NCBI GenBank assembly: GCA_040754455.1
Contig: JBFMCP010000029.1
Span: 1 to 39,568 of the forward strand
Length of the DNA: 39,568 bases
DNA from: Nitrospirota bacterium
Lineage (GTDB): Bacteria; Nitrospirota; Thermodesulfovibrionia; Thermodesulfovibrionales; Dissulfurispiraceae
Reading direction: 5' to 3'
The position numbers were made by a program, and so were the translations under genes. Below, in pieces: positions 34,486-39,568 of the stretch. Every line of letters starts with the position of its first letter. Position 1 is the first letter of the stretch. A model generated the notes under the pieces. It was not told where the DNA came from. It ran no database searches and saw nothing but the letters and a program-made list of their open reading frames with translations.

Positions 34486-36248
34486 AATTTAGCAACCACC
34501 TTACTGATTAAGAATGGCCCTAAAGCAAGGTGTTTAAGCCCTGATTTCTCAAAAGTCATCAATGCCTGCTGAGGTGTAGCAACCAGAGGGTAACCATGGA
34601 GATTAAAACTTGTATTCAAGACGGCACCAACCCCGGTTCTTGCCTCAAAAGCTTTTAAAAGGCGGTAATAATCTGGATTGGCTTTTTCTGTCAGGATTTG
34701 GGGCCTCAATGTATGGTCGCCCTGATGCAGGGCTGCGCGAAGTTCTTTTACGCCAATGTCTGTTGCCTGGAAGGCAGTAATCATATAAGGTGCTTCCACC
34801 TTTTTGGAGTCATATCCCACAAGATATTTATCTGCTGCTGTATCTAAAATAGTTGGGGCAAAAGGCATCCAGAAATCTCTACATTTAATTAAATCATTGA
34901 CTGTATAGAAACTTTCCATATGGCTCGGATGAGCAAGGATAGCTCGATTTCCAAGAGAACGAGCCCCCCATTCGCACTTTCCCGAAAATCTGGCGACGAT
35001 CTGTCTATTAGCTATAAGTTCTGCAATAGTCTCTTCTATATCATCAGGTTTTGTAACTCTATAGCGTTCGTCCAATTTATTTGCATCAATAAATTCTCTA
35101 ATTTTTTGCTCTGAATACCAAATGCCAAGATAAAGATTATCCAAGGGCTGAGTTTGAATACCTTTTTCTGCCGCAACAGCATACGCAGCACCAATAGGAT
35201 TAGATTCATCTCCACACGAAGGCATAAAGAATACCTCTTCAACCTCTTCCATTTCTTGGATGCGTTTGTTGAGTTTAACATTCATAAACACCCCACCACC
35301 TGTGAAAATACGTCGAATACCTGTTTTGACTATTGCAGCCCTAATCCATGCGGTAACACGCTCTTCTATAAGATGCTGCACAGCACCAGCTATGTTATCA
35401 AATCTCTCACCAACAGCATGGAGGACAAGATAATTAAAGAATTCAGATGTATCAACTGTTGATTTGAAAACTAACGGGTTGTCTCGATCCAGATTAATAA
35501 CAGGCTCATAGATTTGCTTATATACTTCCTTGAAATATTCCTTGCAATATGGGGCCAAGCCCATAACCTTATACTCATGCTCAAGAATCTTCATCCCAAG
35601 GAAACGAGTGGTATTTGAATAAATTCCACCGAGAGATGCCTCCGCAGGTGTTTCAGCAATGCGCTCCCATACACCGCCCGGCATTACTTTTGTAACGGTT
35701 GCACAAAGACCGTCACCGCTGCCATCCATCGTAAAAATCATTGCCGGCTTCTGTCCATAACTATTATCCAAGCTATGAAAAGCTGAGCGGGCATGACAAG
35801 TGTGATGCTCTATATGGGTACGGGGTTTTTCCCCCAGACCTATTGCCTTAAGGTTATTTTCTAACTCACGGTATCCTTCCGCTACGAGTGCCTTATAGTG
35901 AGCTGTTCTTAACCCCTTAAATGCCCATGGGAATACCTGTCCGATAAGGCTCTTTTCTACTGACCTTGCAATCTTGACCTTCATGTTATGCTTTATCTGA
36001 TTGTTGCGTTCAAATAAATAGGCATAGCAGCGCTCTGGAAATACATCCTTTCCGGATATCGCTATCTCGTCAATATCTGATGAGTTTAGCCCATTTTGTT
36101 TAAATATGGCTTCAATAGCATCTTTTGGAAAGGCAGCCGAGTTCTTGATATTGTCTAACTTCTCCTGACTTAAACAAGCCATAGCCTTGCCATTTTCAAA
36201 AAGAGCAACTGTTGAATTATGCCCTGGATGTATTGCCAATATCATCAT
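34482..36248 (-). CDS. O-carbamoyltransferase (NodU/CmcH family)
   Basis: GHNS.VAL, EHHTCHARSA, DGSGD, EYKVMGLAPY, GGVFMNVKLN, EWGARSLGNR, LNTSFN.HG.P; start probably ATG 36248 or 36245. Confidence 0.93.
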   Translation of the reverse strand: MMILAIHPGHNSTVALFENGKAMACLSQEKLDNIKNSAAFPKDAIEAIFKQNGLNSSDIDEIAISGKDVFPERCYAYLFERNNQIKHNMKVKIARSVEKSLIGQVFPWAFKGLRTAHYKALVAEGYRELENNLKAIGLGEKPRTHIEHHTCHARSAFHSLDNSYGQKPAMIFTMDGSGDGLCATVTKVMPGGVWERIAETPAEASLGGIYSNTTRFLGMKILEHEYKVMGLAPYCKEYFKEVYKQIYEPVINLDRDNPLVFKSTVDTSEFFNYLVLHAVGERFDNIAGAVQHLIEERVTAWIRAAIVKTGIRRIFTGGGVFMNVKLNKRIQEMEEVEEVFFMPSCGDESNPIGAAYAVAAEKGIQTQPLDNLYLGIWYSEQKIREFIDANKLDERYRVTKPDDIEETIAELIANRQIVARFSGKCEWGARSLGNRAILAHPSHMESFYTVNDLIKCRDFWMPFAPTILDTAADKYLVGYDSKKVEAPYMITAFQATDIGVKELRAALHQGDHTLRPQILTEKANPDYYRLLKAFEARTGVGAVLNTSFNLHGYPLVATPQQALMTFEKSGLKHLALGPFLISKVVAKL

Positions 36249-36308
36249 ATCGTCTCTCCACAAATGTTAAATATCGTTCTTATAATAATCCTCGCCTTAT
36301 TCAATTCG

Positions 36309-37646
36309 TTAACAAACAATTTCTCGTTGTTCACAAGGAACTGGCGTAATGAATTTACCGAGTCTTTGATAGCCCCATGCAACATAGCCTACATGTGTAA
36401 TAACATAAGCAATGATTGGTGCAGCAATATTAATATATTGAAAAAGGACTATAGTAAGTATCAGCTTACAGGCAACCTCTATTGCGGCTATCTTTACTAA
36501 TCCGGCCAATTGAATGAGCGCATAGGCGAACGATATAGGCCAACGGCTAAATGCATTGAAGAACAATGCAAATCCAGCCGCGATATACATCCATCTGGCA
36601 TCCGGCGCATGTTCACCTACCCATAGTTCGGCCAACCAACGCCCCATCAACATATAAATCAATGCAACAAAGGCCACTATCACAAAAAACCAACGCCGCC
36701 CTTTAATAAAAGTGGTATGTAGCTTATCTTGCTGACCGGAGGCATCCAGTTGAATAACTCTTGGCTCTATGGTAGAAGGAATTCTCCATAACAGCAACCC
36801 AATCGTTTCAGGTATCTTCCAGAGCAGCACAAACTGTCCAGCCATTTCAGCGCCGCCGATAAAACCAACAATCACAGTGTCGGCCTGCTGCATAAGGAGA
36901 AGCGCCCCATAAATAACATAGCCAGCACCCTGCGTGCCTGCAAGCCGTTTCAATATCGGCCTCATTTCAGGCAAGAACATATGCCACCCAGTGCCGCCTA
37001 TACGCTTGGCCCAATAGCGCCCCGTAACCACCCTTTGAAGCACGACACCAGAGAGCAACGCAATCCAGACGGCAGACAGGTCCCTCAATTGCGGTAGCAA
37101 CAAGTAAGTCAGTACGGCAAACAGCAAAATGCGCGCAATCTCAATGTAGTTACCCGTTTCTTGCTGGTTAACGCCAACAAAGGCTTGCCGCTCCGGCAGT
37201 GCCTCATAATTTAACACCAAATACAACCCTGCCAAAAATACTGCGGAAGTGAGCACGTCTTCATGGGCTGTATCCCGGTACAACACAAGCCAAATTACAA
37301 TGCCCACCGTTGCCACTAACAAGGCATATATAGTAAATACATATTTCCCGACAGCAAAAGCATTACGGAAGCCATCCATGTCAGACTTTGCCCAGAACTC
37401 ACCAATCACGCGAACCAGACCACCAGACATCCATGTAATGCCGATAGCTGCAAAATTGATAAGGCTTAGCAACATCATTAGGAGGCCAAATTGACGCTCA
37501 CCAAGATATTTAAGATAGAAAGGAACCATGGCAAACTGCACCAGCATGTTGGTTCCCATCAGTATATAACCGCTCGTCAACGCTCTGATATAACCTGGGG
37601 CTGCGTTTTGTAACGCGCTTATTCGATTATTTATTGCGATGAACAA
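36309..37646 (-). CDS. wzx: Oligosaccharide flippase (Wzx/MOP superfamily)
   Basis: About 12 TM helices; P...YLG...FGL and QADT.IVG patterns of polysaccharide exporters. Confidence 0.8.
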   Translation of the reverse strand: MFIAINNRISALQNAAPGYIRALTSGYILMGTNMLVQFAMVPFYLKYLGERQFGLLMMLLSLINFAAIGITWMSGGLVRVIGEFWAKSDMDGFRNAFAVGKYVFTIYALLVATVGIVIWLVLYRDTAHEDVLTSAVFLAGLYLVLNYEALPERQAFVGVNQQETGNYIEIARILLFAVLTYLLLPQLRDLSAVWIALLSGVVLQRVVTGRYWAKRIGGTGWHMFLPEMRPILKRLAGTQGAGYVIYGALLLMQQADTVIVGFIGGAEMAGQFVLLWKIPETIGLLLWRIPSTIEPRVIQLDASGQQDKLHTTFIKGRRWFFVIVAFVALIYMLMGRWLAELWVGEHAPDARWMYIAAGFALFFNAFSRWPISFAYALIQLAGLVKIAAIEVACKLILTIVLFQYINIAAPIIAYVITHVGYVAWGYQRLGKFITPVPCEQREIVC

Positions 37647-38542
37647 GTTATAATACTCCTATTTTCGCCGGTCTGAGCCTTGCGCAAGGTATACATAACA
37701 CTCGGATATAGCCCTAACGCGATCACTATGTTTGATACGATTTTTGTTAGACCAATTTTATTCAATAGCTGAAGAACACTTCCCAAACCATGGTAGGCTT
37801 TAATCACTCCGGATTCTCCAGAAGCAGCTTTTTCGATTTTAGCTCTTATCCGATTTTCCCACACAAGGTTGTTACCTATAAACAATCTTTCCAACATATG
37901 TGGATAAACGAGTTGGAGATGCTCAATGTATTCGAGCATTTCTTTTTTCATCTGAAGTTTTGCAAGATTACGAATTAAAGATTTCCCTAAAAGAGGAATG
38001 CACCAGATATTTAGATGAGGCTCACGAGGCCATATGTAATTTGGCGCTTCGAGATGGATAATTCCTTTTGAAGATAGGACTCGGGACATTTCAGCAATTA
38101 CTTTTGCGACATCATAAACATGCTCGATTACAGTATGGCATACTACAAGGTCAAAATGACCTTCATCAAATGGCAACCGTTCGCCAAAACCATGGACAAA
38201 ACGCAAGTTATCAATATCATTTGCAATAGCCATAGCAGTACCAACATGGACTGCCTCTTCATCTGGCTCAATTCCAACGACTTCAGCATTGGGGAATAGA
38301 TGTTTTAGGGCAAAACAATTGAAGCCGACGGAGCAACCTATCTCCAGAATTCTAGCTGGCCGAATATCGTCAATATCTTCAGCAATACGCACCGAGGTAG
38401 CAAAAGCCGTAGAATAGCAAATGTTAATATGAGACTCAATGGAACCACCTTCAAGCTCATAATGAATATGGCATCTCTTCCTTGTCACACTCAGCCATGT
38501 TTCCCAAGCATTTTTGACAGATTCGTCAATTATTAAATTCAT
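37631..38542 (-). CDS. Class I SAM-dependent methyltransferase
   Basis: ILEIGCSVG, GERLPF..GHFDLV, VIEHV, RVL...G, EPH. Confidence 0.9.
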   Translation of the reverse strand: MNLIIDESVKNAWETWLSVTRKRCHIHYELEGGSIESHINICYSTAFATSVRIAEDIDDIRPARILEIGCSVGFNCFALKHLFPNAEVVGIEPDEEAVHVGTAMAIANDIDNLRFVHGFGERLPFDEGHFDLVVCHTVIEHVYDVAKVIAEMSRVLSSKGIIHLEAPNYIWPREPHLNIWCIPLLGKSLIRNLAKLQMKKEMLEYIEHLQLVYPHMLERLFIGNNLVWENRIRAKIEKAASGESGVIKAYHGLGSVLQLLNKIGLTKIVSNIVIALGLYPSVMYTLRKAQTGENRSIITCSSQ

Positions 38543-38547
38543 TTCTC

Positions 38548-39216
38548 CTATCCATGCTCTATTACAGCCAAAAAAGAGCCATAAAGCCTCTTAGAAAATC
38601 TGCCCCAAAAGATGCCGATCTTGGATTTGATCGTGTTTATTAAACTTCTGTTATCTATATGGCCAAAAAAATAAATAGAACTCAATCGATATCCGAATCT
38701 ATTGCATACTGCCTGCAAATGCTCCGGTAAAAAAAAGGCAATATGATCATAATATACGTTTAACCTCTTCCCCATGATGGCACGGAAAAGTGTTCCATAA
38801 TAAGTTGGATTAGGTGTTGTTATGATTAGTTTTCCCGTCGGCTTTAGATGTTTAACTAAATTTTGAATTGCCAATCCTGGTGCATTAAGATGCTCGATAA
38901 CATCGGACATTACTATTAGATCAAACTGTTGTCCAAGATTCATTGTTTCACAGTTCGCATTTATAATATCAAATCCATGCCTTGCTGCAAAAGAAATACT
39001 ATCACTGTCAATATCAATACCAATGAGTTCATTAGCTACTTTTTTTAGACGGTGATGCAGCCACAGCTCTTTATTATCCGGCAGATAAAATTCTATACCT
39101 CCAGTGGCTCCAATGTTCAATACCGATTTCCCAGACGCTAATGATAGAATAAATTGAAAAACATCTGGCAAAGTTCCCATTGTCACAGTAAGTTCAATGG
39201 TTTCGTTTTTCTGCAT
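38548..39216 (-). CDS. Class I SAM-dependent methyltransferase
   Basis: VLNIGA, GIDID, FDLIVMSDVIEHL, LKPTGKLIITTPN. Confidence 0.88.
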   Translation of the reverse strand: MQKNETIELTVTMGTLPDVFQFILSLASGKSVLNIGATGGIEFYLPDNKELWLHHRLKKVANELIGIDIDSDSISFAARHGFDIINANCETMNLGQQFDLIVMSDVIEHLNAPGLAIQNLVKHLKPTGKLIITTPNPTYYGTLFRAIMGKRLNVYYDHIAFFLPEHLQAVCNRFGYRLSSIYFFGHIDNRSLINTIKSKIGIFWGRFSKRLYGSFLAVIEHG

Positions 39217-39241
39217 TTATTAAAATCTCCTCTTGCTTAAA

Positions 39242-39441
39242 TTAAAATGGAATCAAGGTATCATCAAGAGTTAAAGGGAACTCCCCTTTTCTTGCCCTAT
39301 ACAACCCCTTGGAAATACAGATAATGTTGTTAGGATGTATTCCGCATTTAACGAAATAATCCCGAATCTGTTTATCCATAAAATAATATTGATAAGAATG
39401 AGACCCAAACCAATCATATGCTGTATGCATTGCGTTTCTAA
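39242..39441 (-). pseudogene. C-terminal remnant of a gene interrupted by an IS (possibly a methyltransferase)
   Basis: Frame RNAMHTAYDWFGSHSYQYY...IPF* is co-oriented with the cluster; its first residues in the ORF track (MEVVFQHP) derive from IS sequence. Confidence 0.65.
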
Positions 39442-39568
39442 CAGGGTGCTGAAAAACTACTTCCAATGTTTATACGTATAAGGTATAGTTGATGAACGAC
39501 ATCATCACAGGAGGCATGATGAGAGGCATCAACGATCCGCAAGGCTTTATGTTCAGCTATCTTTCTCC
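39442..39568 (+). mobile_element. IS5/IS1182-like insertion sequence, left end (truncated)
   Basis: Begins CAGGGTGCTGAAAAA right after CTAA (YTAR-type target). Contains promoter TTCCAA-N17-TATAGT (39461-39489), AGGAGG and a transposase start. Confidence 0.75.
39519..39568 (+). CDS. IS5/IS1182-like transposase, N-terminus (partial)
   Basis: MRGINDPQGFMFSYLS(P) matches the MRG....Q..(M/L)FSY.S N-terminus of DUF772-containing DDE transposases. Confidence 0.8.
   Translation, partial: MRGINDPQGFMFSYLS

Noticed and set aside
1..39568. Whole window as a composite transposon
   Set aside because: The terminal elements belong to different IS families and the interior is core genome; assembly breaks at repeated IS copies explain the pattern.

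Overview
Bacterial chromosomal segment from a Gram-negative organism; gene order and protein style suggest Nitrospirota/Thermodesulfovibrionia (inference). Both ends are cut inside insertion sequences: the start of an ISL3 element on the left, and an IS5/IS1182-like element that interrupts a gene on the right. The left half is GC-rich core genome. It holds a minus-strand envelope operon (bamD, sirC-like, gnnA-like, gnnB-like, lpxB, waaA), a divergent FG-GAP protein-uppS-cdsA-dxr-rseP operon, rfaE2, a signal-peptide beta-carbonic anhydrase, an HPP protein, a cytochrome c/CopD-like/cytochrome b5 fusion, mfd, a PilF-like TPR lipoprotein, a Cys/His hypothetical, tRNA-Cys and tRNA-Gly. The right half is a lower-GC Wzx/Wzy polysaccharide locus with two AsnB-like amidotransferases, a carbamoyltransferase and several methyltransferases. 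The best novelty candidate is at 13431-15284: an HPP transporter divergent from the cytochrome fusion, with an FNR/CRP-like palindrome between them, bracketed by two direct copies of a heptamer-armed hairpin element. Related heptamer arrays occur elsewhere, including inside coding sequence. Several genes look leaderless. All calls are by eye from sequence and motif recognition; no searches were run.
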